A DNA stretch of 64,000 bases. Origin: Dendrobates tinctorius. Its lineage: Eukaryota. The DNA lies in assembly GCF_039654945.1 (NCBI RefSeq), contig NW_027361684.1:39928001-39992000 (forward strand), written 5' to 3'. Below are positions 1-10,654 of the stretch, one piece after another. Each line of letters opens with the position of its first letter. Positions within the stretch are counted from its first letter, which is position 1. Position numbers and translations under genes: made by a program. A model generated the notes under the pieces. That model saw nothing but the letters and a program-made list of their open reading frames with translations, was not told where the DNA came from and made no database searches.

Positions 1-239
1 TGGAAGACAACACACAAGCAGCATATAAAACCTACATAAAATACACAAAACTAGCAATCTCTCCTTCCCAAGAACTGCTAGGGGTGATACACAAATGTGT
101 GTAAAACAAACAGAGAGCCCCCCGGGTAAGCTCACGTGAAACATGCGTTGGGGCTGCCAGTCTGGCATTGAACAGGGGAAAATATGGGTAACAGTGGCTT
201 ATCTGAGTATGTAATTAGTGAGACTGCTATCTAGAATAA

Positions 240-1150
240 AGCCCCCGTTACACACTGCGATATCGCTAGCAATATCGCTGTAAAGTCACCGATTTTGTGA
301 CGTTGCAGCGATATTGCTAGCGATATCGCTGCATGTGATACTTACCTCCGACCGGCTCCCCCGCTGGTTATCGCTGATCGCGCGAGAAGCTGCTGGACCA
401 TTCCTCATCGGTCACTTCCTGCGGCGCTTCCTGCTGTGACGACGAGCGACGCGTGGAGCTGGGCGGGAGGACGCAGGATCGCCGCGTCTGACAGGTAAGG
501 CCTCTTTCACACTTCAGTTTTTTGCATCAGTCAAAATCCGCCAAAAGGACGGATGGCGGATCCGTTTTAGTACTGATGAGAACGGATGCCACCCGTCCGT
601 TTTTTAGACGGATCCGACAAATGAACAATTTTAAAGGAATCGCAGCCTGGAAAAGGGGAGAGAGGAGAGGAGAGGAGAGGAGAGAGAGAGAGAGAGAGAG
701 AGAATTTTTTTTTGTCCGGCACCCAGAAAGAATTTCGGGTTAAATGAGTGTCTTGAGGATCCGCCAGAGAAAAAAACGTTGCAAGCTCCGTTTTGAAATC
801 TTTGAGGATGGTGACGGACAGCAACTTTTGGCGGATCCACAAAAAAAACGGATGCAACGGACGGCAATCCGTCACAATCCGCCAATAATGGAAGTCAATG
901 GGGAAAAAAATGGATCCTCAAAAGAAAATTGCGGATCCGTTTTTTTTCAAAACCTGGCGGATTGTGACTGATTGTAAAAAACTGAAGTGTGAAAGAGGCC
1001 TAAGTAGCGATCCCCAACCCCTGCGATGTCGCTGGTGAGATCTGCCTGTGTGGCAGCTCACTAGCGACCACTTAGTGATGCACCAGCGATCCTGACCGCG
1101 TCATATCGCTAGTCGGGATCGCTGGTGCATCGCTAGGTGTAACGGTACCC
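240..1150. mobile_element. PIF/Harbinger-type MITE, family A (ATCGCT-rich), containing a nested MITE
   Basis: TAA flanks; ends AGCCCCCGTTACAC / GTGTAACGGTACCC; homologous to 5941-6334, 20966-21360 and 32273-36484. Confidence 0.8.
499..1000. mobile_element. PIF/Harbinger-type MITE, family B (GGATCC-rich)
   Basis: TIR GGCCTCTTTCACACTTCAGTTTTTT, TAA TSD (496-498, 1001-1003). Confidence 0.88.
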
Positions 1151-1389
1151 TAAGTGTTCACAATGGCAGTCTGCAGGAGTGATACATGTATAATGATTAT
1201 AGATATGCTGACTGGTTTTCTTTCGTCCTTGCACTTGTGTGACTAATCTAGGTCTATAATATATGCCAAGTATGATCTAAGTACTAGCGTTCCCAGGTCA
1301 CTTTTTGCCCCGGCCTCATAGTCATGTATTGACCCCATACCATTATACTTGAGTCTTTTTTCACTAATTATCCTGTCTTTTTACATGTA

Positions 1390-1838
1390 CAGTGGGGAAA
1401 AAAAGTATTTAGTCAGCCACCAATTGTACAAGTTCTCCCACTTAAAAAGATGAGAGAGGCCTGTAATTGACATCATAGGTAGACCACAACTATGGAGAGT
1501 CAAAATGAGAAAACAAATCCAGAAAATCACCATGTCTGATCTGGCAAGACTTATTTTGTAAATTATGGTGGAAAATAAGTATTTGGTCATTAACAAAAGT
1601 TCATCTCAATCATTTGTTATATCCTTTGTTGGCAATGACAGAGGTCAACCATTTTCTGTAAGTCTTCACAAGGTTGGCACACACTATTGGTGGTATGTTG
1701 GCCCATTCCTCCATGCAGATCTCCTCTAGAGCAGTGATGGTTTGGGCCTGTTGCTAGGCAATGAGGACATTCACAACCGTCCAAAGGTTTTCTATGGGGT
1801 TGAGATCTGGAGACTGGCTAAGCCACTCCTGGACCACT
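1390..1838 (-). mobile_element. Tc1 terminal fragment
   Basis: TA|CAGTGGGGAAAAAAAGTATTTAGTCAGCC end, then the reverse complement of a transposase C-terminus ([11 protein letters not shown] at about 1783-1815). Confidence 0.8.
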
Positions 1839-2076
1839 CAACTAAATGAACAGTACTCTTTCTATTCCAAGCCTAACCCTGAACTTACTCTACACTATGC
1901 ACTACTCACATTATACATTACCACTTTACAGTCTTATACACTGTACATTACTGTCATACAATGTGAAAGATGCACACCACTGTTCATATTACATAGAGAA
2001 ACTGCATAACATTGTACACATAGCACGACTGCTGTCTTCAGAGGTAGGAACGCAGCAGAACAGTTCATCGCCCTTA

Positions 2077-2993
2077 GGCTGAGTTCACACGTGGCGTTTT
2101 TTTCGCGTTTCCGCGGCGGTTTTAACCGCGTGATTTTGCTGCGAAAAATAAGCATCCCATGCATTGCTATGGGATTCCGCAATGCTGCGTTTTTTACCGC
2201 GGCGGAATCGCTTCGCGGTAAAAACCGCAGCATGCTCATTAATTTGCGGAATCGCGGCGATCCTGCACCCATAGGAATGCATTGTTCCGCTTACTTCCCG
2301 CATGTGGCTGTGCACACCATGCGGAAAGTAAGCAGAACAATTGCGGATGGTACCCACGGTCCGGAGGAGAGGAGACTGTCCTCCGGGCTTTGGGTACCAT
2401 ATCCCTGTAAAAAAAAGAATTTAAAATAAAAAATATTGTTATTCTCACCCTCCGACGTCCCGCGCAGCCTTCCCGCTTCTCTTCACGCTCTCGTTCCCAG
2501 TAGTCCTTTGCGAAAATGCCCGCGATGACATCCGTTCTCGCGGGATTGCGAAGTCTCGCGGTCATTCGCGCGACGTCATCGCGAATTACCGCGAGACATC
2601 GCGATCCCGCGAGAACGGATGTCATCACGGGAATTTTCGCAAAGGATTACTGGGAACGGATGCGCGGGACGTCGGAGGGTAAGAATAACACCATTTTTTT
2701 TTACATTTTATCGTTTACTACTGATGCTGCATAGGCGGCCTCAGTAGTAAAAAGTTGGTCACACTTGTCAAACACTATGTTTGACGAGTGTGACCAACCT
2801 GTCAATCAGTTCTCCAAGCGATGCTACAGATCGCTTGGAAAACGCTAGCATTCTGCAAGCTAATTACGCTTGCAAAATGCTAGTTTTTCCGCGGTAAAAT
2901 CGCGGGAATTTAAAATGCGATTTTCCCGCGGACTGGAATTCCGGAATTCTCGCGGTAATTTCCGCGAGAGTTCCGGTACGTGTGCACTTAGCC
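2077..2993. mobile_element. PIF/Harbinger-type MITE (CCGCGG-rich) with an internal hairpin
   Basis: TIRs GGCTGAGTTCACACGT / ACGTGTGCACTTAGCC, TTA TSD; internal inverted repeat about 2430-2700. Confidence 0.85.
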
Positions 2994-3594
2994 TTACAAC
3001 TACAGCTCAAGAGACCGCTACAGCCAATTACTTGGCACAGCTAATCCCAGTGATTACCTGCAGTAGTCATTTGTGCAGTAATTGTGACGTCATTGATGAA
3101 GCCAGAGTGAGCAATAGCGTGTTTGTTATTTTCTATGTCTGCAACCTTGTAATAAAAAGAAATATTCCTGGACAATCCCTTCAAAACTGTTGAGAACCAA
3201 TCCACCACCGCTTCTTGTTGGGTCAGTCTCTGACCCCTCTCTGCTTCTCTCTCATCTAGTCTCAATTTAAGACTGAATTGATTACATTTTAGTTTGATCT
3301 TAGTTGAGAGTGCAGGAGAGCAAGGGCCGGGAACTGACCAGACAGGGAGCCGCTGTTGAATTTAAAGTGTAACTAAACTTTGGTAAAACTTTTATATTTT
3401 AAAGAGATTCTTGTAGCCTCCCCTCCTCTTGTTTGATTGACAGCTCTGGCTTCAAAGAGCAAGAGAAGGGCGGAGGTATATGGAAAACAGTTAAATGTTT
3501 GGCCAAGATGCACTGAGCGCCTTTACTTGGTCTAAACTGTTATTCTCTGACAAAGTCAGCGCAACACTTGCCTTGCCCCAGGTATCCCACGCTA

Positions 3595-4025
3595 CAGTGC
3601 CTTGAAAAAGTATTCGGCCTCCGGGAACTTTTCAACCTTTTCCCACATATTATGCTTCAAACATAAAGATACCAAATGTAAATTTTTGGTGAAGAATCAA
3701 CAACAAGTGGGACACAATTGTGAAGTTGAACGAAATTTATTGGTTATTTTAAATTTTTGTGGAAATTCAAAAACTGAAAAGTGGGGCGTGCAATATTATT
3801 CGTCCCCTTTACTTTCAGTGCAGCAAATTCACTCCAGAAGTTCATTGCGGATCTCTGAATGATCCAATGTTGCCCTAAATGATTAATGACGATAAATATA
3901 ATCCACCTGTGTGTAATCAAGTCTCCGTATAACTGCACCTGCTCTGCGATAGTCTCAGGGTTCTGTTGATGCACAGACAGCATCATAAAGACCAAGGAAC
4001 ACAACAGGCAGGTCCGTGATACTGT
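3595..4025 (+). mobile_element. Tc1 left-end fragment
   Basis: TA|CAGTGCCTTGAAAAAGTATTC end, followed by a decayed transposase start (KTKEHNRQVRDT). Confidence 0.75.
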
Positions 4026-4583
4026 CCAAGTCCAAGAATATAAAGACTTTAAAATAATTTTATTCATAACACGAAATATTAAAAGAACAAAAGAGAACCA
4101 GCATAAATAGGACATAGTAAAATACCATAGTGTAAGGAGGTAATAATAACGACTCAGTATACACTGAGACCATAGTTAAATAACTAGACCATATATAATC
4201 CTAACATAATCTATATAAAGTGCAGTGGTAAACAGACATAAAGTCTAAGATAAAGTGCATAGAAGGTGTAATAAGGATTATAAATACCCTGAATGGCCCA
4301 GTGAGTCTTCAGCTGAAAAAAAAAAATCGCAAATGAGATATCACCCATTGAATAACATTGGTCGAGTGCAATCTGTTTTTTTATCGGATTGCACTTGTCT
4401 GTATTCTTCGCCAGTGAGTATGAGCCCTAAGTCTTAAAGAAGTGGGAGCGTCCTCCGAGCAGCCCCCCGCAGCTGGTGAGCTACCGCTTGTGTTCTTTGT
4501 TTCTTCATTGTGGACAGATGTGGTTAGGTGGACAGTGCTGCAGCCAGTGAGGGGCGCTAGGGTCTGACTTAATTTACAGGACA

Positions 4584-5836
4584 AAATGAGATAGGGTGCA
4601 CTACACAGTATATTTAAGAAAATCAGGGTAGGGTGCTACAATACGCATGGAAAGACTAACAGCTGGAAACCATAGAAAAAGACATGCGTATATATATATA
4701 TATATATACACTCACTGGCCACTTTATTAGGTACACCATGCTAGTAACGGGTTGGACCCCCTTTTGCCTTCAGAACTGCCTCAATTCTTCGTGGCAGAGA
4801 TTCAACAAGGTGCTGGAAGCATTCCTCAGAGATTTTGGACCATATTGACATGATGGCATCACACAGTTGGCGCAGATTTGTCGGCTGCACATCCCTGATG
4901 CGAATCTCCCGTTCCACCACATCCCAAAGATGCTCTATTGGATTGAGATCTGGTGACTGAGGAGGCCATTTGAGTACAGTGAACTCATTGTCATGTTCAA
5001 GAAACCAATCTGAGATGATTCGAGCTTTATGACATGGCGCATTATCCTGCTGAAAGTAGCCATCAGATGCCTGTTCTTAGCTGAGAGGAGTGGTACCCAG
5101 TGTGGTCTTCTGCTGCTGTAGCCCATCTGCCTCAAAGTTCGACGCACTGTGCGTTCAGAGATGCTCTTCTGCCTACCTTGGTTGTAACGGGTGGCAATTT
5201 GAGTCACTGTTGCCTTTCTATCAGCTCGAACCAGTCTGCCCATTCTCCTCTGACCTCTGGCATCAACAAGGCATTTCCGGCCACAGAACTGCCGCTCACT
5301 GGATTTTTTTTCTTTTTCGGACCATTCTCTGTAAACCCTAGAGATGGTTGTGCATGAAAATCCCAGTAGATCAGCAGTTTCTGAAATACTCAGACCAGCC
5401 CTTCTGGCACCAACAATCATGCCACGTTCAAAGGCACTCAAATCACCTTTCTTCCCCATACTGATGCTCGGTTTGAACTGCAGGAGATTGTCTTGACCAT
5501 GTCTACATGCCTAAATGCACTGAGTTGCCGCCATGTGATTGGCTGATTAGAAATTAAGTCTTAGCACACAGTTGGACAGGTGTACCTAATAAAGTGGCCA
5601 GTGAGTGTATATATGTGCACACCTACAATATATGCATCGTGTGTAAAAAAGCATCTTTACTGATAACAGGACAACATGATAAAAACAGTTAAAACCAAAA
5701 AATCACATCACCCCCTATATAGTATATGTTTTTATCATGTTGTCCTGTTATCAGTAAAGATGCTTTTTTACACACGATGCATATATTGTAGGTGTGCACA
5801 TATATATACACACACGTCTTTTTCTATGGTTTCCAG
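4584..5836. repeat. Fold-back insert with 20-bp flanking direct repeat, later hit by a Tc1
   Basis: CTGACT(T/C)AATTTACAGGACA at 4564-4583 and 5837-5856. Left arm 4660-4708 plus 5608-5687 is inverted at 5727-5839. Confidence 0.7.
4709..5607 (-). mobile_element. Tc1/mariner transposon, internally deleted (899 bp)
   Basis: Perfect 29-bp TIR CACTCACTGGCCACTTTATTAGGTACACC, TA flanks. Transposase N-terminus MGKKGDLSAFERGMIVGARRAG starts at 5459; the middle is deleted near 5070. Confidence 0.93.
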
Positions 5837-5940
5837 CTGACTCAATTTACAGGACACAATATTGTGGTTGGCACTCTTGGCTTCTGGTTGATGCACAATG
5901 GTAGTAAATGAAACTGTGGACTATGAAATATGGAGACTAA

Positions 5941-6334
5941 AGGCCCTTTTACATTTAGCGATGCACCAGCGATCCAACCAGCGATCCGACCCGGTCAGGA
6001 TCGCTGGTGCATCGCTAAATGATCGCTAGTGAGCTTTCATACAGAAAGATCTCACAGCGATGCAGCAGCGACGCAGCGCACGATACTTACCATTCACACA
6101 CAGCGATCCTGGCGTCCTCCCGCCCGCCTCCAGCGTCGCTGGACGTCACAGCAGGAAGCCTCAGCAGGAAGCAGACGACGAGAAATGGAGCCGGACATTC
6201 TCGCACGATCAGCGATGAGCAGCGGGGGAGCCGGTCGTTGGTAAGTATCACACATAGCGATATCGCTAGCAATATCGCTATAACGTCACAAAACCAGTGA
6301 CATTTTAGCGATATTGCTTAGTGTAAAACCCCCT
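5941..6334. mobile_element. Family A MITE
   Basis: AGGCCCTTTTACA...TGTAAAACCCCCT, TWA flanks; closely similar to 20966-21360. Confidence 0.85.
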
Positions 6335-7282
6335 TTAGGCTGTGAAGAATATTGAGGTGAAAGTCTTCTCTTTAGCTGATTGAAGATTAATAAGATTATT
6401 ATTGTAGTAACAATATCCTGCTGTGATCTTCTATCTGGGGTCCGGACAGACTTACAGCTCTGGCATGGAGTGTGGCCTGTTACTTGTGAATTTCCTTGTA
6501 TAATCTGCAGCTTTATAATATTGTGCAGCCTGCCAGTGTCACACTGGTGTCTGACTCTTACATGGTCACTGTATGGTGGGATTACTGGGGGCATTGGTCT
6601 TTGTATACCAGTAGTATACACCTGTCCCTGTTTGACTTATTTGTACAATCCACTTTTGTTTTAATTCTTGTGTTTTTAGTCTTGTATGGACTGACATGAG
6701 GAGCATGACCAAGCATAGAGCTATTTCGGCAGGCGCATAGTGCTTGATTGTAAGGAAATGAAGGATCTCTGATGTTCACCCTGTTGTCACAATTTCCTAC
6801 AAACTGCCCTGGCTGGGTGTCCTAGAGGTGGGATCCGCAGCTATAACACATGGATGGTGAATCTGGTGATTATTAGAAATGGATATTAGACCATTGCTCA
6901 CAATGCATTATTATTATGTTACCTGCCAGCAATTTACATATATACGTTTCATGAAGCGATCGGTTGCCAACTTGACCTTTTCGTTTTTCTGGACAGTTTA
7001 TCAAAAAATCATGTGCACTAAATATTTCTTGCGGACACATTGGAAAACCATAAATCATGATTATAAGCGATACAAGTCTACAGCCCATAATATGGTATGG
7101 AGACATCAGCTGCAATCACTGTAACAGGATAATAATTACAGCAAAATAATCTGCACAAGTGTCTGGCTAGGTGGGAGCAATGCCTAGGAGACCAACATCA
7201 CCAATCACTGACCTCAGGGAGACCAGTCAAAGAAAACACTGCGGCAGCCGGCAAAGGCGCTCAATCAGTGAAATCCTAGGTG

Positions 7283-7670
7283 CATTGCTCCCTGGGAAAT
7301 ACGAATATGCAAATAAAGTCCATGGAGCCTCATTTAAGAGTCTCAAACACACGACTAGCCAGATCTTCCTCAAGGCAAGGACCCAGCCAAGGAGTGGCTC
7401 CTTTCGGAAACCACCATTACCACCATATTAATCCTACTCCACAATGATGAGGGGCAACACCCCGAAACAGCTGTCTGTGGATGGATACCTGCCCTTGGTA
7501 TTTCCCTTGTCATATCTGTAAACTCGTAAAGCGCTGGATATTGACTTAAAGGGCCACTAAATATAGTGGTAATGGTGGTTTCCGCAAGGAGCCACCCCTT
7601 GGCTGGGTCCTTCCCTGGAGGAAGATCTGGCTAGTCCCGTGTTGCTCCACGGACTTTATTTGCATATTCA
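7283..7670. repeat. Fold-back insert (inverted arms about 110-145 bp) with the hammerhead in the loop; Penelope-like relic
   Basis: GAATATGCAAATAAAGTCC...GGAAACCACCATTACCAC (7283-7430) is inverted at 7560-7670. Confidence 0.7.
7431..7486 (+). ncRNA. Type I hammerhead ribozyme-like motif (C3>A variant)
   Basis: Stem I TCCACA/TGTGGA (extended by ATCC/GGAT); core ATGATGA; stem II GGGG-CAACA-CCCC; GAAA; palindromic stem III ACAGCTGT; GTC cleavage triplet 7473-7475. Confidence 0.75.
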
Positions 7671-7764
7671 GCTTGAAAATAATCACGGACACCTTACTTT
7701 TACGGACAGATCAAAAGAGTGACCAAGTTTTACGGCTGTCCTGGAATTTCTGGACATTTGGCAA

Positions 7765-9300
7765 CTCTGCTCTGTGTCTCTGCGGTCAGTCTGCCCTCGG
7801 AGTCTCTTCACTAGGCCTCTGCTCTGTGTCTCTTCTTTGCCCTGAGTCTCTGTTCTGGGTGTTTGTGGCCAGTTCATTCTCTGAGTCTCTTCTCTCTGTT
7901 CTGGGTCTCTGCTCTGTGTCTCTGCCCTGAGTCTCTGTTATGGGTCTTTGCGGTCAGTCCTTGTTCTGAGTCTCTGCCCTGAGTCTCTGTTATGGGTCTT
8001 TGCGGTCAGTCTTTGTTCTGAGTTTCTGCCCTGAGTCTCTGTTATGGGTCTTTGCGGTCAGTCCTTGTTCTGAGTCTCTGCCCTGAGTCTCTGTTATGGG
8101 TCTTTGCGGTCAGTCCTTGTTCTGAGTCTCTGCTCTGTGTCTCTGTTATGGGTCTTAGCGGTCAGTCCTTGTTCTGAGTCTCTGCTCTGTGTCTCTGCCC
8201 TGAGTCTCTGTTATGGGTCTTTGCGGTCAGTCCTTGTTCTGAGTTTCTGCCCTGAGTCTCTGTTATGGGTCTTTGCGGTCAGTCCTTGTTCTGAGTCTCT
8301 GCCCTGAGTCTCTGTTATGGGTCTTTGCGGTCAGTCCTTGTTCTGAGTCTCTGCCCTGAGTCTCTGTTATGGGTCTTAGAGGTCAGTCCTTGTTCTGAGT
8401 CTCTGCTCTGTGTCTCTGCCCTGAGTCTCTGTTATGGGTCTTTGCGGTCAGTCCTTGTTCTGAGTCTCTGCTCTGTCTCTCTGTTATGGGTCTTTGCGGT
8501 CAGTCCTTGTTCTGAGTCTCTGCTCTGTGTCTCTGTTATGGGTCTTAGCGGTCAGTCCTTGTTCTGAGTCTCTGCTCTGTGTCTCTGCCCTGAGTCTCTG
8601 TTATGGGTCTTTGCGGTCAGTCCTTGTTCTGAGTCTCTGCTCTGTGTCTCTGTTATGGGTCTTTGCGGTCAGTCCTTGTTCTGAGTCTCTGCTCTGTCTC
8701 TCTGTTATGGGTCTTTGCGGTCAGTCCTTGTTCTGAGTCTCTGCTCTGTGTCTCTGTTATGGGTCTTAGCGGTCAGTCCTTGTTCTGAGTCTCTGCTCTG
8801 TGTCTCTGTTATGGGTCTTAGCGGTCAGTCCTTGTTCTGAGTCTCTGCTCTGTGTCTCTGCCCTGAGTCTCTGTTATGGGTCTTTGCGGTCAGTCCTTGT
8901 TCTGAGTCTCTGCTCTGTGTCTCTGTTATGGGTCTTTGCGGTCAGTCCTTGTTCTGAGTCTCTGCTCTGTCTCTCTGTTATGGGTCTTTGCGGTCAGTCC
9001 TTGTTCTGAGTCTCTGCTCTGTGTCTCTGTTATGGGTCTTTGCGGTCAGTCCTTGTTCTGAGTCTCTGCTCTGTGTCTCTGTTATGGGTCTTAGCGGTCA
9101 GTCCTTGTTCTGAGTCTCTGCTCTGTGTCTCTGCCCTGAGTCTCTGTTATGGGTCTTTGCGGTCAGTCCTTGTTCTGAGTCTCTGCTCTGTGTCTCTGTT
9201 ATGGGTCTTTGCGGTCAGTCCGTGTTCTGAGTCTCTGTTCTGTGTCTCAGCCATGGTTCTCTGCTCTGTCTCTGTTCTTGGTCTCTGCTCTGGGTGTGTG
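7765..9300. repeat. Minisatellite built from 13-bp subunits (52-, 65- and 169-bp periods)
   Basis: Unit GAGTCTCTGTTAT-GGGTCTTTGCGGT-CAGTCCTTGTTCT-GAGTCTCTGCCCT; homogeneous core 7929-9240. Confidence 0.95.
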
Positions 9301-9399
9301 CTGAATCCGCGCTCGGCCATTATAACCCAGGACTCCCGGACCCGGAGACTCTGACTCCGCGCTCTTTGTTCCAGAACCTGCATATAGTTTTTATACAGC

Positions 9400-9630
9400 A
9401 GCACCTCCGCCCCGCCCTCCAGTCTGCTACCGGCCACGAGCGCCACAACTGCGTGCTGACTGGATACAGCCGGTTACAAGCCACACCCCCGTGCTGATTA
9501 TTGGACGACGTGTATAACGCCCCGCCTTGCTAAGGCTGTAGCTGTTAGAAGAGGATGTTGTCGCCAAGGAGACGGGATCTGACTGTTGCCAAGGGGTGGG
9601 GCGAGGATGCGGTGACGTCACTCTGCGGCT
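9400..9630 (+). promoter_or_regulatory. SARM1: Probable SARM1 promoter (CpG/GC-rich) with GC box, inverted CCAAT, RFX X-box-like site and perfect CRE
   Basis: CpG-rich unique DNA about 0.6 kb upstream of the ATG. ATTGG 9500-9504; CGCCCCGCC 9518-9526; GTCGCCAAGGAGAC 9560-9573; GTTGCCAAGG 9585-9594; TGACGTCA 9613-9620. Confidence 0.6.
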
Positions 9631-9850
9631 GCTCGTCTCGGCGAGATGCTGGGATCCAGACAACAGAAGAGCCGGACAGGTGGAGGCGGTGTTCATCGGG
9701 CGACTGCTCTCGGCCGGTGCCGCCTTACAGGACTTGTCTGTACGTTTTATGGCTGCCTTTATCTCTTCTGTGTCAGGGCTGTAGCAGTCCATAGATGAGG
9801 AGCTCCATTACCTGCACCTCACTGTCCTTTAACTACTCCCATCAGTGCAG
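9630..9850 (+). other. SARM1: Putative non-coding first exon of SARM1 (boundaries approximate)
   Basis: Candidate donors CAG|GTATCT (9850/9851), TAG|GTAACG (9871/9872) and GTAAGT (9881). A strong acceptor (tgctttctttccatccAG, ending 10142) lies 57 nt before the ATG. Confidence 0.45.
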
Positions 9851-10199
9851 GTATCTGAGGAGTAGTAGTAGGTAACGTGTGTAAGTGTCCTGCATAGTCA
9901 GTGTTGTCATAGTAACAGGAGCACTGTGGTGCTGGAAGGTGACAGTCCCTAAATCTGGGTAGTGCTCCCTGCTAAGCTTCCCAGCCAGGCCAGGAAAGCA
10001 TGAGTGGGTTGTGCTGGGGTCGGGGCCGCGCTGCTGCTCTGTGAATTAACCCTCTGATTTCCAGTGTCCTCCACCTTCTTGTAGGTGACATATGTGTGCT
10101 GCCTCTGTGCGTCGCTGACTCATCTGCTTTCTTTCCATCCAGGTTACGTGGTCTCATCCATAACAGTTGTGTGCCAGGAGAAATGCTGTAGGGGGCTCC

Positions 10200-10654
10200 A
10201 TGGTCCTCACCCTCCTGATCTCAGCTTATAAACTCTGCAGATACATCACCATGTGTAACAGCGAGCGCCTCGTCATGCCGGGGTACATGAACACTATCTG
10301 CTGGTGGCAGGGTTCAGGGGGCACAGACAAGGGCGAGCAGAGGTCTCCGGGAGTCGGTGCTGATGTTCAGGTGGCTTTGGATCGAGTCTTGCCTGATCTC
10401 CATGTTGCTATCTCTAAGCTGAAGCAAGCCATGTGTGAGGAGAGTGTATGTGACACCATCTCCGAGATTTTTCAAATGGTGGAAGAGGCTTGGGTGATGC
10501 CAGCGGTGGGACGAGAGGTTGCCCAAGGGTTGTGTGAGACAATCAGACTCGAAGGTGCGTTGGACCTGCTCCTCGGCTTCCTTCAGTCCACGGAGAAGGA
10601 GGTGCAGTACAAGGCATGTCACCTGCTGGAGCAGGTTCTGGTGCTAGAGAACAG
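10200..10654 (+). CDS. SARM1: SARM1 coding exon 1 (N-terminal targeting peptide, start of ARM domain)
   Basis: MVLTLLISAYKLCRYITM...EEAWVMPAVGREVAQGLCETIRLEGALDLLL...LLEQVLVLENR matches the vertebrate SARM1 N-terminus. Donor AG|GTAAGG, phase 2. Confidence 0.97.

Noticed and set aside
7929-9240. Regular repeats resembling a CRISPR array, and repeated MRSVLVLSLC ORFs
   Set aside because: Units are head-to-tail with no unique spacers, there are no cas genes and the context is vertebrate; the ORFs are translations of the minisatellite.
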